A DNA stretch of 64,000 bases from contig CAVVKN010000006.1 in assembly GCA_963748825.1 (NCBI GenBank), forward strand, positions 64,001 through 128,000, given 5' to 3'. The DNA is from Methanotrichaceae archaeon. Its GTDB lineage: Archaea; Halobacteriota; Methanosarcinia; Methanotrichales; Methanotrichaceae. This document shows, one piece after another, positions 1 to 9,273 of the stretch; the first letter of the stretch is position 1, and every line of letters begins with the position of its first letter. The notes below the pieces were generated by a model, which worked only from the letters and a program-made list of their open reading frames with translations, ran no database searches and was not told the origin of the DNA. The translations under genes and the position numbers were made by a program.

Positions 1-99
1 TTTCCTGGGCCTTGTAGCAGTCCCGGATCGGATCCGCGAATCAATTAGCTAACATAACCTTTTTATGGTAAGCGATTATGCTTTAGAACAGGGATCTAA

Positions 100-1020
100 A
101 TGGCAAGGAATTTTCTGAAAATGGCTCTTCTGCTGATGGCGCTATTCGTTTTGTGCAGCGCCGTCGGGGCAGCTGAGGGTGAGAGGCTGAGGCTGGCTAC
201 TACTACCAGTCTGCAAGATACCGGTCTTTTGGACCTGATCAAAGACAAATTCGATGAGAAATACAACGTTGCATTAGACGTGGTCTCGGGCGGAACCGGC
301 ATCGCTATTCAGTATGCAGAGCGCGGCGACGTGGATGTCCTCATCGTCCATGACAAGGTGAGGGAGCTGAAATTCGTTCAGGACGGGCATGGTCTGGAGA
401 GAAGATGTATTGCCTACAACTACTTCTACCTGGTCGGACCAAAGGACGATCCGGCAGGTGTCAAGGGCATGAATGCCTCCCAGGCAATGGCAACAATCAT
501 GGAAAAAGGCAAAGCCGATCCGGCTAAGGTGATGTTCATCTCTCGGGGCGACAACTCCGGCACACATGCCCGCGAGAAGCTGCTCTGGAAGGGGGCGAAC
601 TATGACTACTCTGCCGTTAATTCTTCCGGTCCCTGGTATATCGAGGCCGGACAGGGCATGGGCGCAACCTTAAACATTGCCAATGAAAAGCAAGCCTACA
701 CCCTCTCCGATATGTCCACCTTCATGGCCTACCAGGGCAATCTGACCCTCGTTCCTCTCATTGAAGGCGGAGACGAACTGCTCAATGTTTATGTGGCCAT
801 GGCCGTGAATCCGAAGACGCATCCCGGCGTAAATTGCGAGCTGGCCAACGAGTTCATAAACTATCTGGTATCCGATGAGGGACAGGATCTGATTGCAGGC
901 TTCGGCAAAGAGAAATTCGGCACACCGCTCTTCTCGGCGGCCCGAGGAAACTGCGATCTGATCGGCTGCTCGGCTGCAGAGTGCGCCGTGCCCACCAGTG
1001 CCTCCTGCGCTGCGGCCTGA
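100..1020 (+). CDS. tupA: Tungstate ABC transporter substrate-binding protein
   Basis: Signal peptide; hallmark motifs ATTTSLQDTGLL, GTG.A, SRGDNSGTH.RE; followed by permease and ATPase. Confidence 0.93.
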   Translation: MARNFLKMALLLMALFVLCSAVGAAEGERLRLATTTSLQDTGLLDLIKDKFDEKYNVALDVVSGGTGIAIQYAERGDVDVLIVHDKVRELKFVQDGHGLERRCIAYNYFYLVGPKDDPAGVKGMNASQAMATIMEKGKADPAKVMFISRGDNSGTHAREKLLWKGANYDYSAVNSSGPWYIEAGQGMGATLNIANEKQAYTLSDMSTFMAYQGNLTLVPLIEGGDELLNVYVAMAVNPKTHPGVNCELANEFINYLVSDEGQDLIAGFGKEKFGTPLFSAARGNCDLIGCSAAECAVPTSASCAAA

Positions 1021-1099
1021 GTGAGACAATAGCAAAATGGCAAGATACAAAAAGGTCAAAGGGAAATAGATAAAAGATACCCTTTTTAGGTGAAATCGG

Positions 1100-1786
1100 T
1101 TGGAGGAGATCTATAGCGGCCTTCTGCGGGCCCTGGAGCTGATTGCAGCTAGAGACCCCCAGGTGGTCGAGATCACCTTGAGGTCCATCTTTATCTCGCT
1201 CTCTTCCGCCGCTTTAGCAGGAATCATCTGCATTCCCCTGGGAGGGATCATAGAGTTTCGTCAATTTCGAGGCAAGAGAGCGCTGATAAATTTAATTCAG
1301 ACCTTCTACAGCCTGCCTACGGTTACCGTGGGCCTGCTGGTCTTTTTGCTCATCTCCCGCTCCGGGCCTCTGGGAGGCCTCAACTTGCTCTTCAGCCCGA
1401 CCGGCATGATCTTCGGCCAGGCCATTCTCGTCAGCCCTGTTATGATTGGGCTGACCATTACTGCACTGGCGAGCGTCAGCCCCCAGATCAGGGACACGGC
1501 CCGGTCGCTGGGCGCGACGGAGGTGCAGATAATAATAACTGTAATAAAAGAGGCCCGCGTGGCGGTCATTGCTGCAGTGCTCCTGGGATTTGGCCGGGCA
1601 CTCTCCGAGGTGGGCGTGGCCATGATGATCGGTGGGAACATCCGGGGCTACACACGCGTTCTCACAACGGCCATCGCTTTGGAGACCTCTATGGGCAATT
1701 TAGAGCTGTCCATGGCTCTCGGAATAATTCTCATATCTATTTCGCTGGCCATCAACCTCTTGCTCAATAGATTTCAGGGGAAGTGA
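1100..1786 (+). CDS. tupB: Tungstate ABC transporter permease
   Basis: Hydrophobic; LPTVTVGL, FGRALSEVG, GGNIRGYTRVLTTAIALET. Confidence 0.92.
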   Translation: MEEIYSGLLRALELIAARDPQVVEITLRSIFISLSSAALAGIICIPLGGIIEFRQFRGKRALINLIQTFYSLPTVTVGLLVFLLISRSGPLGGLNLLFSPTGMIFGQAILVSPVMIGLTITALASVSPQIRDTARSLGATEVQIIITVIKEARVAVIAAVLLGFGRALSEVGVAMMIGGNIRGYTRVLTTAIALETSMGNLELSMALGIILISISLAINLLLNRFQGK

Positions 1787-2478
1787 GAATGCCGCTCCTG
1801 GAGATACGCTCTTTAAGCAAAAGCATTGGCCCAGCTGAGATTCTAAGGGACATCAACCTATCCTTCGAGCGGGGCGAGATCCTGGGGCTGATCGGGCCCA
1901 CCGGCTCGGGAAAGACGACATTGCTGCGGTTGGTCAATTTGCTTGATGAGCCGTCTTCGGGGAGTATCCTCTTCGATGGCTCACTGATTTCAGGAAGGCC
2001 GGAGAGGGAGAAGCTTGCCGTGCGGCGGAAAATGGCCATGGTCTTTCAAAAGCCGGTCATGTTCAAGGCCAGCGTGGCGGAGAATGTCTCCTTTGGCCTG
2101 AAGATGCGGGGGAGAGATGATGCAGAGGGGATGAGAGAGCGGGTAAAAGAGGCTCTGGCGGCGGTGGGGCTGTCTGGCTATGAGAGCCGCGATGCCAATA
2201 CCCTATCTGGTGGGGAAACTCAGAGAATTGCCCTGGCCAGAGCCATTATCCTGCAGCCGGAGCTTCTCCTTTTAGACGAGCCGACTGCGAATCTCGATCC
2301 CAGGAGCGCCGCCTCCATCGACAGCCTCCTGCAGAGCCTTGCAGGGAGCAGGACGGCGGTGATTTTAGCCACGCATAACATGCAGCAGTGCCGCAAGCTG
2401 GCCGACAGAGTAGCGGTGCTACAGGCGGGCAGGCTGGTGGCAGTGGGCAAAAGCAATGAGATAACTTTGCCCTGGTGA
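1783..2478 (+). CDS. tupC: Tungstate ABC transporter ATP-binding protein
   Basis: Walker A GPTGSGKT, LSGGE signature, LLLDEPT; overlaps tupB stop. Confidence 0.9.
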   Translation: MRMPLLEIRSLSKSIGPAEILRDINLSFERGEILGLIGPTGSGKTTLLRLVNLLDEPSSGSILFDGSLISGRPEREKLAVRRKMAMVFQKPVMFKASVAENVSFGLKMRGRDDAEGMRERVKEALAAVGLSGYESRDANTLSGGETQRIALARAIILQPELLLLDEPTANLDPRSAASIDSLLQSLAGSRTAVILATHNMQQCRKLADRVAVLQAGRLVAVGKSNEITLPW

Positions 2479-2534
2479 CTGCGGTGGAAGGATGCTTTTA
2501 TCTTCTTGTAAGACCATTTTGACCCTGCGACTAA

Positions 2535-3005
2535 ATGATGCCAGAAACAGCAGACGAAGAGAGCAAATCAGGAGATGAAGAATCCCTGGATTCATTTCTC
2601 ACGGAAAGGCAGCTCAAGGTGCTGAAGATGCGCCTTTCTGGCCGGTCCCAGCAGGATGTGGCAGACAGCTTCGGCACCACTCGATCCAACATCAGCATCC
2701 TTGAGAAGCGAGCCCATCAGAACATCGCCCGAGCAGAGCGAACGCTGCAGCAGTGGATGATGCTGCGCGCTCCCATATCCTTGGAGGCCAAAGAAGGAAC
2801 GGATGTCTTCGAGCTGCCCAAGATGATCTTTGCCGCGGCGGACGAAAAAGGGATGCGATTGCCCATCACCTCCCTGGATATTGTGGTGCAGCTTCGGCGA
2901 AAAGCTCCCCGGCTCTTCAAGAAAAGGGCGCTTGAGAGAGACGCCCGGATCTTTGTGACTGAAGAGGGAGAGATGCTTGTGGAAGGGCTGGAGAGTGATG
3001 ATTGA
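2535..3005 (+). CDS. tfx: Tfx family DNA-binding protein
   Basis: SFLTERQ.KVL..R..G.SQQDVA..FGTTRSNISILEKRA HTH plus Tfx C-terminal region. Confidence 0.88.
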   Translation: MMPETADEESKSGDEESLDSFLTERQLKVLKMRLSGRSQQDVADSFGTTRSNISILEKRAHQNIARAERTLQQWMMLRAPISLEAKEGTDVFELPKMIFAAADEKGMRLPITSLDIVVQLRRKAPRLFKKRALERDARIFVTEEGEMLVEGLESDD

Positions 3006-3469
3006 GCGGCTGCATCGAAGGATCAATTGGAAAAGATGCAAGGCCATGAGAGCAGAACGCGAGATCAGCTTTTTGCAGGGATGAGCAAAGCGGTATGCCC
3101 CCGAAGAGCCTCTATACTTGGGATGATGCCCTGGAAGCGCTCTAAAAGACAAATGAAGTCCTGATCGAGTGCCAAAAGCTTATTGAAACGCAAAATGGAT
3201 GTAATTGATCCCCGTGGACAAGAAAATGACCTGCCGTCATCTACTCCATCGTCGTCTCCTCGCCGCGTGGGCTCGCTGCCCCCGCTACCCGAAATCCCCC
3301 GCTGCTTCTCGTGATCCTGGAGGGCCGGGTCCCGGTGGCCTGTCTGCCGATTCGCGCCTGGGCTCCCGTTGTGGTGGCCAGCCGCAGTTGGGAGAGGCAG
3401 GTATGATAGTTGTGGATGTGACCCTCTCCGTTTCTGAAGATAGGCATAAGTAGAATTATTTGAGATGAT

Positions 3470-3733
3470 GTGACTGATGGTCATAAGGGAGGAAGCAAAA
3501 GAGTGCTGATCGAGGACATCAAGAAGCACATGCTGCTAGATAATTATATAATAACATTCCATGCTCATAGGAGGATGGATGAGAGAGGTATTTCCGTGCT
3601 CATAACTGGCATTGCTAGCTATCGGTGTTGTCATGCTGTGGTTGCGCTGTGCGAAAACCACTTACGTATTGTCACAGTCTACTGGCCGGAGGATGGAGAA
3701 TGGATAGATCATATGACGAGAAGAAAGAGTTGA
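3470..3733 (+). CDS. DUF4258-type putative toxin, possibly internally deleted
   Basis: TFHAHRRMDERGIS N-terminus and IVTVYWP...W C-terminus; stop overlaps the start of a YgiT-type gene. Confidence 0.6.
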   Translation: MTDGHKGGSKRVLIEDIKKHMLLDNYIITFHAHRRMDERGISVLITGIASYRCCHAVVALCENHLRIVTVYWPEDGEWIDHMTRRKS

Positions 3734-3987
3734 TCCCTGACACCTGCAACTGCGATCGAGGCAGATTGCATCGTGGCGTCACAGAATACGTCACTAAAGT
3801 CAATGGGGGCGTAGTGGTGATTAAGAACGTCCCGGCTCTGATTTGTGACCTTTGTGATGAGGCTTATCTCACACCGGAAGCGTCCAGAGAGATTGATAAG
3901 ATTGTAAAGGATTTTCGTGAAGGAAGGCTTCTGGCAAAGCCCATTGCGGCCGGCGAGGTCGAGCTTAAGATGAAGGAGACGGCTTGA
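3730..3987 (+). CDS. YgiT/MqsA-type zinc finger protein (putative antitoxin)
   Basis: TTG start overlapping upstream TGA; C.C...VIKNVPALICDLCDEAY signature. Confidence 0.8.
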   Translation: MIPDTCNCDRGRLHRGVTEYVTKVNGGVVVIKNVPALICDLCDEAYLTPEASREIDKIVKDFREGRLLAKPIAAGEVELKMKETA

Positions 3988-4172
3988 TAGGATTGATGTA
4001 CGCAATTGAGATATTTTACAGTGAGGAAGATGAGGGATTCATCGCCATTGTTCCGGAGCTTCCTGGCTGCTCAGCCTTTGGCGAGACGGAAGAACGAAGT
4101 CTTGTTGCAGGTCTTGCATAAAATAGAATTCTGTTATCTTAATAATGATTCGCTTTCAATGCTATTGATTCA

Positions 4173-4886
4173 TCAAAGAACATCCGAGAGAATCTGCCGG
4201 CGCGGCCCTTCCGAATCCCGCAAGAAGAATCTTGGTTTCAGCTTTCCTCTTACCCGAACTCTTGCATAGACGAGGGTTTTATCTTTCTTCTCGGACTTTT
4301 CCGCCAGCAGTGCCTCAAGAGTCTCCTTTTCGCTTTCGGACAGCTCGATCTCGCCCTCTCTGCCCGTTGACCAGTCAAAGATCCTGACCCGGTACTGGGT
4401 TTTGATATGCAAAAGAGTGCCCTTTTCTCGATCCTCAATCGATCGTATGCCGCAAGCATACTCCACAGGACTCTCGAAATTTTGGCATGCCTCATCCGGC
4501 CGGCACAGCCCCAGGTCGGCAATGCCAAGGTCCGGGTAGCCTCTGCTCTGCCGCTGCATAACCTTGCATTTGGGGCAGTGCATCTTCAAAAACCACTCCT
4601 CAAAGATCCGCTCTTCTGCAGATGCTACACCCGACCAGAGCTGCATTGCCTCCTGCCGGCGGTATCCTGCCTGTCCCAGGAATGCGGCCAGAATGGCGGC
4701 GATCCTGTGCTTGCCGCTCTCGCCAGCTGTCCTGGCCATTATGCCCTTGATACAGGGCGGAAAGGCCTGCTTCTCCGCAGGCTCATGGGCAGTCCAGAGC
4801 ATCTCCTCTCGTCGATCAATGGCCTGAACTGATATTGGTATCTCATTTCCCTCCGCGGGCAGAGGACCGTATCTTTTAGAGGGCAT
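4173..4886 (-). CDS. Protein resembling the C-terminal Fe-S domain of primase large subunit PriL plus an extra C-terminal domain
   Basis: FPPCI...H.....LAAFL, CPKC, LGLC.PDEAC....SP.EY pattern; no PriL N-terminal domain. Confidence 0.6.
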   Translation of the reverse strand: MPSKRYGPLPAEGNEIPISVQAIDRREEMLWTAHEPAEKQAFPPCIKGIMARTAGESGKHRIAAILAAFLGQAGYRRQEAMQLWSGVASAEERIFEEWFLKMHCPKCKVMQRQSRGYPDLGIADLGLCRPDEACQNFESPVEYACGIRSIEDREKGTLLHIKTQYRVRIFDWSTGREGEIELSESEKETLEALLAEKSEKKDKTLVYARVRVRGKLKPRFFLRDSEGPRRQILSDVL

Positions 4887-4888
4887 CT

Positions 4889-6409
4889 TTATGCTCTCTT
4901 GTGGCCTCCACCGAAATAAGCCTGTGTGTCCTTGTCCCCTCGCGCCTGCTGGGGCACAGGAGCTGCGCCCTTAGAAGACTCATAGTCCATTCTCTCTTTG
5001 AGTATGCACCTGCTGCCTCGCAGACCTCCTAACGGGTTCTTAGGTGTGCCCATGGAGTTCATGCAGCGGGCCATGACAGCCGCACCCCGGGCCAGGCCAT
5101 CGTCCACAAAGACCACATTCTTCTCCACTTGCTCGTACAGCCCCAGCTTCTCTATCTCTTCCAAAATAAGGGCGGGCTTGCCGCCGCTGATTCCCGCCCT
5201 TCCGGTTACTCCCAGTGCCGTATTCTTGGTGACGACACCCTCCTCGACACCCACCTGCACCAGCCGACGGGCCACGCGGGCCATGGCAATGTCCAGGGTG
5301 CCGAAAAGGATCTTCAGGTTCTTGGATTTGTAAAGATCGCCGCCAATTTTTGAGAGCTTGGAGAGGTCGCTGCCGTTCATTCCCACATCGCAGCCGATGA
5401 GAACGACGTTATTCAGGGCCGCAGCCTGCGGGCATACGGGCACGAGACCGTATTTGGTGCGGCTTGCCGGAACCTTCTCTATTACTACCAACTCGTCGAT
5501 CTGATCCGCGTACTGCCGAGCTTCTTTGCCGTAGTCCGGCTTGATATTGCTGTTAAAAATATCCAGTGTGGCTCCGGTCATCTTGTCCACCAGTCCCGTT
5601 CCCTGGACAACGGCATCGGGAATGGCCCCGGCCAGGCCGAGAAGATTGCCGATGGTATAGGCATAAGGAAGATCTCCACTGGTCACCCTGCCGTCCAGTG
5701 TGGTGCCGAAGTCCATGGAGAGGCAGGGATTTCTAAAGTCCACGTCCGTCCAGCGGCTGCCTTCCTTTATGCCGGCGGTGGCAAGTTCTCCCTCCATCTC
5801 GTTGGCCACTACCTCCACGCCGGTAGAGCCTTGCGGCGGAAAGCAAGAGGCCACGGCTCCCATGAATATCACCTTCTCAATCATGGTGTAGCGCTTGAAC
5901 TTTTCCAGTATGTTGTGGATGCTCATGGCGGGGGTCATGAGCCGGGGCGGAACGCCGGCATCGAGGCAGCCCTTGGCCAGGGCCTGAATGAAGGCGCCCA
6001 CCTGGTCGGGCGAGTCCAGCTCGGCCACCACGCCTGTGGAGCGTACCACGAAGTGCAGATCGGTCTTGATGTCCAGACGTGCTCTCTCGTGACTCTCAAT
6101 GAGGGTGTCTTTCACCAGTTCAGCAATAGACTCTCTGGTAAGCGGAGTGGCGTTGATGGTATGAGCGAAGATATCTTCTCCCGCTTTGGGCCTTCGCACA
6201 TCTCTTGTCATCTTTACGGTCTTATTGACGATGTAGGTCTTGCCGGTGTTCATGTCCGTGGCGGTGAGTATGCATTTGGTGGTGGTGTTGCCAACTTCTA
6301 CCGAGGCCACGATGTAAAATGGCTTGGTGTGAAGGTCAAGGTAGTTGAAGGACGGGCTACTGGCAATGCGAGGTGTGGGTTTGGACTTGAAGAGCCGACC
6401 GAAGTTCAT
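4889..6409 (-). CDS. Methanogenesis marker protein 14
   Basis: VASVEVGNTTTKCI, FVVRSTGVVA, DFGTTLDGR, DDGLARGAAVMARCMNS.GTP.NPLGG. Confidence 0.9.
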   Translation of the reverse strand: MNFGRLFKSKPTPRIASSPSFNYLDLHTKPFYIVASVEVGNTTTKCILTATDMNTGKTYIVNKTVKMTRDVRRPKAGEDIFAHTINATPLTRESIAELVKDTLIESHERARLDIKTDLHFVVRSTGVVAELDSPDQVGAFIQALAKGCLDAGVPPRLMTPAMSIHNILEKFKRYTMIEKVIFMGAVASCFPPQGSTGVEVVANEMEGELATAGIKEGSRWTDVDFRNPCLSMDFGTTLDGRVTSGDLPYAYTIGNLLGLAGAIPDAVVQGTGLVDKMTGATLDIFNSNIKPDYGKEARQYADQIDELVVIEKVPASRTKYGLVPVCPQAAALNNVVLIGCDVGMNGSDLSKLSKIGGDLYKSKNLKILFGTLDIAMARVARRLVQVGVEEGVVTKNTALGVTGRAGISGGKPALILEEIEKLGLYEQVEKNVVFVDDGLARGAAVMARCMNSMGTPKNPLGGLRGSRCILKERMDYESSKGAAPVPQQARGDKDTQAYFGGGHKRA

Positions 6410-6620
6410 GGTGAATGGAAAAGGAGGAGGTAAGATTAAAGCTTTGGGTGGGGCGATTCCATAAAATGGTCACCGAAGTAAACCGAGAGATAATTCATTT
6501 AACCCAACAATAGCCTTTAAATAGAATCATCTCCATTTAAAGTTTGAATATTTTCTGTTCGCGCATCTCCTCTCAACAGAAATTCATCCACTATTCAGGG
6601 AGAAATGTAAATCAGGTGAA

Positions 6621-6782
6621 ATGAGCATGGATCAACCAGGTATAGATCAAACAGAGAAGAAAAAGAATGAATCGGTAAATAAGTCAGGGCGCATGGCCAT
6701 ATTGGAAGAGGACAAAGCAAGAGAGGCCCGCCGGTGGCAGCGCAAAAGGGAGACTATCAAACGGTTCGCTGGGACTAAATAA
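6621..6782 (+). CDS. Small basic hypothetical protein (53 aa, below ORF-track cutoff)
   Basis: AGGTGA SD then ATG; MSMDQPGIDQTEKKKNE...RRWQRKRETIKRFAGTK; divergent from marker 14. Confidence 0.5.
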   Translation: MSMDQPGIDQTEKKKNESVNKSGRMAILEEDKAREARRWQRKRETIKRFAGTK

Positions 6783-7116
6783 GATACAGACAGCTTTTGC
6801 ATTAGCTCCTAATGATTGGATTGCCGAAATAGATTATCGCAATCATCTATATATATTGTGAATAGAACGGGAAGGCGGCGATCCGTGGCAAGATACTGTT
6901 TTATTCTCCCTCCTTTGCCAGGATCCCTCCTCTACTCATGCATGCATATTCCTATGCCCGTCTTCCATGCCTGCCATTGGGCCGTTTTGTGCTGCGATTA
7001 TCTACATAACAAAAGAAATATATATCTGATGTAACTATATGGTAATTGGTGAGGGGGCCTCAGTATCGAACAAGACCATAGTCCCTTCTAAGATGCCCTC
7101 ATCACCCATTCATCCT

Positions 7117-8093
7117 TTAATCTTTCAGCCCTTCCATGGTCACGGAGAAGACCGCTTCGCCGTCCGGCAGGTTGGGCGAGTCCACCAGGCGAGCAATCCG
7201 TTTTTCGCCCTTGGACTTTCGCAGGTACAGTCTGAAAGTAGACGTATGCCCCAGTACGTGCCCGCCCACTGGCTTGGTCGGATCGCCGAAGAATGTGTCC
7301 GGCTTGCTCATGACCTGATTGGTTACTAATATCAGGGCATTGTTCAGATCGCCAAAGCGCATCAGGTCGTGCAGGTGCTTGTTCAGCTTCTGCTGCCTGT
7401 TGGCGAGAGTGCCGCGTCCTACGTACTCCGCCCGGAAGTGGGCTGTCACCGAGTCGACTATGATCAGGCGCACGGGATATTCCGAGTCCCTGGCCTTTTC
7501 AGCCAGGTCCATGGCGCTCTCCGCCAGGAGGATCTGGTGATTGGAGTTGAAGGCTCTGGCCACGCTGATGTTTTTTAAGAAATCAGCCGGGTCCCAGTCC
7601 CGGCCATCCGGCGCAGGGGGCAGGCCCTTCACCATCTGAGCGATGCGCTCCGGCCGGAAGGTGTTCTCTGTGTCGATAATGATAGCAGAACCGTTCAGGC
7701 CGCCCATTTCCTTGGGCAGTTGCACGTTTATGGCCAGCTGGTGGGCCACCTGCGTCTTGCCCGAGCCAAACTCTCCGTATAGCTCCACTATGGACTGAGT
7801 CTCCATCCCCCCGCCCAATAGTTCATTGAAGCTCTTGCTGCTGGTAGTGATCTTGCCCACCAGCTTTCTGCGCTCTAAGATTCGGTCTCCCGTCTCAAAG
7901 CCGCCCACATCGGCCGCTTCCCTGGCCCCGGCAATGATCTTGGCCGCCGTGGCTTCCCCACCTCTGCCGCGGCCACGAGCTCGCCTGGAGAGGCAACAGC
8001 TATAGCTTCCACGGAGCTAAAGCCAGCCTCGCGCAGCTTTTCCGCAGTGGCCGGACCCACACCCGGCAGATCTTCCAGTAATTTTGTCGGCAT
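7117..8093 (-). CDS. radA: DNA repair and recombination protein RadA, split by a 1-nt frameshift in a G run near 7957
   Basis: N-terminal Hh[16 protein letters not shown] in one frame; [32 protein letters not shown] in another; adding one G gives ...[27 protein letters not shown]. Confidence 0.92.
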
Positions 8094-8151
8094 CTTCCTA
8101 GTTCCTTAGAATATTCCTCAGATGAATGTTCGCAGATCTGCTTTAACAACG

Positions 8152-9267
8152 TTATCCAGGCGGGGCGAAAGTAATCCTGGTGCGCCATCCACAAGAAAGC
8201 TCCAGTTCCTCGTTCCAGCCGCTCTTGGCCAGGGCATCGATCAGTTCTGCTTTATATCCCAGATCCAGGCCCTGCAAGAGATCTACATGCTCTGCCCAAA
8301 GAGCCACTTTGATGCGGCCCGTCTCATCGGAGATGTAGATATTGGCCACCCTTCCGGCTTTTCCGTCATCTCTTTGAAACTCTCGCACCTCTCCCAGACC
8401 CGTTACAAAGCCGGAAACGCTGCAGATCATGCCGGGCTTTAGCTCGGCTATGGGAGTCATCTTCTCGGAGAACGAAACCGTTTCATTGCTCTTTTTAACT
8501 GTGCTGTAGTTTCCCGTCTGAATCTCCAGCGATCCGTACCTCTCCCGGCATGAGCCGTTAATGACCTCTATTGTCTCGCCCTTCTCCAGAGCCATTGCAG
8601 CCTGCTCATTCCAGAGGGTAAGCCTGATCTTGCCCGTCTCGTCTCCCAAAAGCACTGTGCGAACCTGTCCTTTGCCTCCGTCTTTACGCAGGAACTCTCT
8701 GATCTCGCCTGGATCCACGACGGCGCCTAGAAGGCTGACCTCGCCCATGTCGCTCTTGATCTCCGCAATTTTATATGGCTCGGTCCTGGGCAATATGTCT
8801 AAATCCACTTCCTCGATGCCGCCGCTTCTGCCTAAGGTAACCTCAGTTCCCGCGTAGCCCTCTTTGGCCAGACCTCTCACCTTGAGGCACTGGCCCTCCT
8901 TCAGATCTCCGGAGCGGACCAGCTCTACCGTCTCATCCCAGAGAGCCACGCGCACAGATCCCGTCTCGTCGGCCAGCGTCAGGTTTGCGACCCGTCCCAT
9001 GGACCCATCAGAGCGGGGAAACTCGCGTATCTCGGAGACTGCGAGCACACGGCCCGTGAAGGTGACATTTCCCGTCTCCGGCCGGATGCTGCCAATCTTG
9101 GTCAGCACCTCGGATGCACCCAGGTCCCGGGCCACAAGCATGGCCGCAGTCCTGCCATCGCATAGCCCCGCCATGAGGGCTACCTTTTCCTCTACCCTCG
9201 CCTGGAAATCCTCCGGCGTGATCTGATCTGCCACCTGCCGGTAAATTTCCTCAACTTGCTCGTCCAT
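8152..9267 (-). CDS. rpa: Replication protein A (three OB folds)
   Basis: Three repeats of EIREF.R.DG..GRV..L.L.DETG.IR..LW. Confidence 0.9.
   Translation of the reverse strand: MDEQVEEIYRQVADQITPEDFQARVEEKVALMAGLCDGRTAAMLVARDLGASEVLTKIGSIRPETGNVTFTGRVLAVSEIREFPRSDGSMGRVANLTLADETGSVRVALWDETVELVRSGDLKEGQCLKVRGLAKEGYAGTEVTLGRSGGIEEVDLDILPRTEPYKIAEIKSDMGEVSLLGAVVDPGEIREFLRKDGGKGQVRTVLLGDETGKIRLTLWNEQAAMALEKGETIEVINGSCRERYGSLEIQTGNYSTVKKSNETVSFSEKMTPIAELKPGMICSVSGFVTGLGEVREFQRDDGKAGRVANIYISDETGRIKVALWAEHVDLLQGLDLGYKAELIDALAKSGWNEELELSCGWRTRITFAPPG
8160..8172 (-). promoter_or_regulatory. ACTTTCGCCCCGC motif upstream of radA (candidate DNA-damage operator)
   Basis: Identical 13-mer at 23617-23629, 32377-32389 and 43045-43057; 16 bp before TATA-like TTGTTAAA; lies inside the rpa 3' end. 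Confidence 0.5.
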
Positions 9268-9273
9268 TCCCGA

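Noticed and set aside
3005-3460. Short ORFs between tfx and the DUF4258 gene
   Set aside because: Fragmentary, no assignable family
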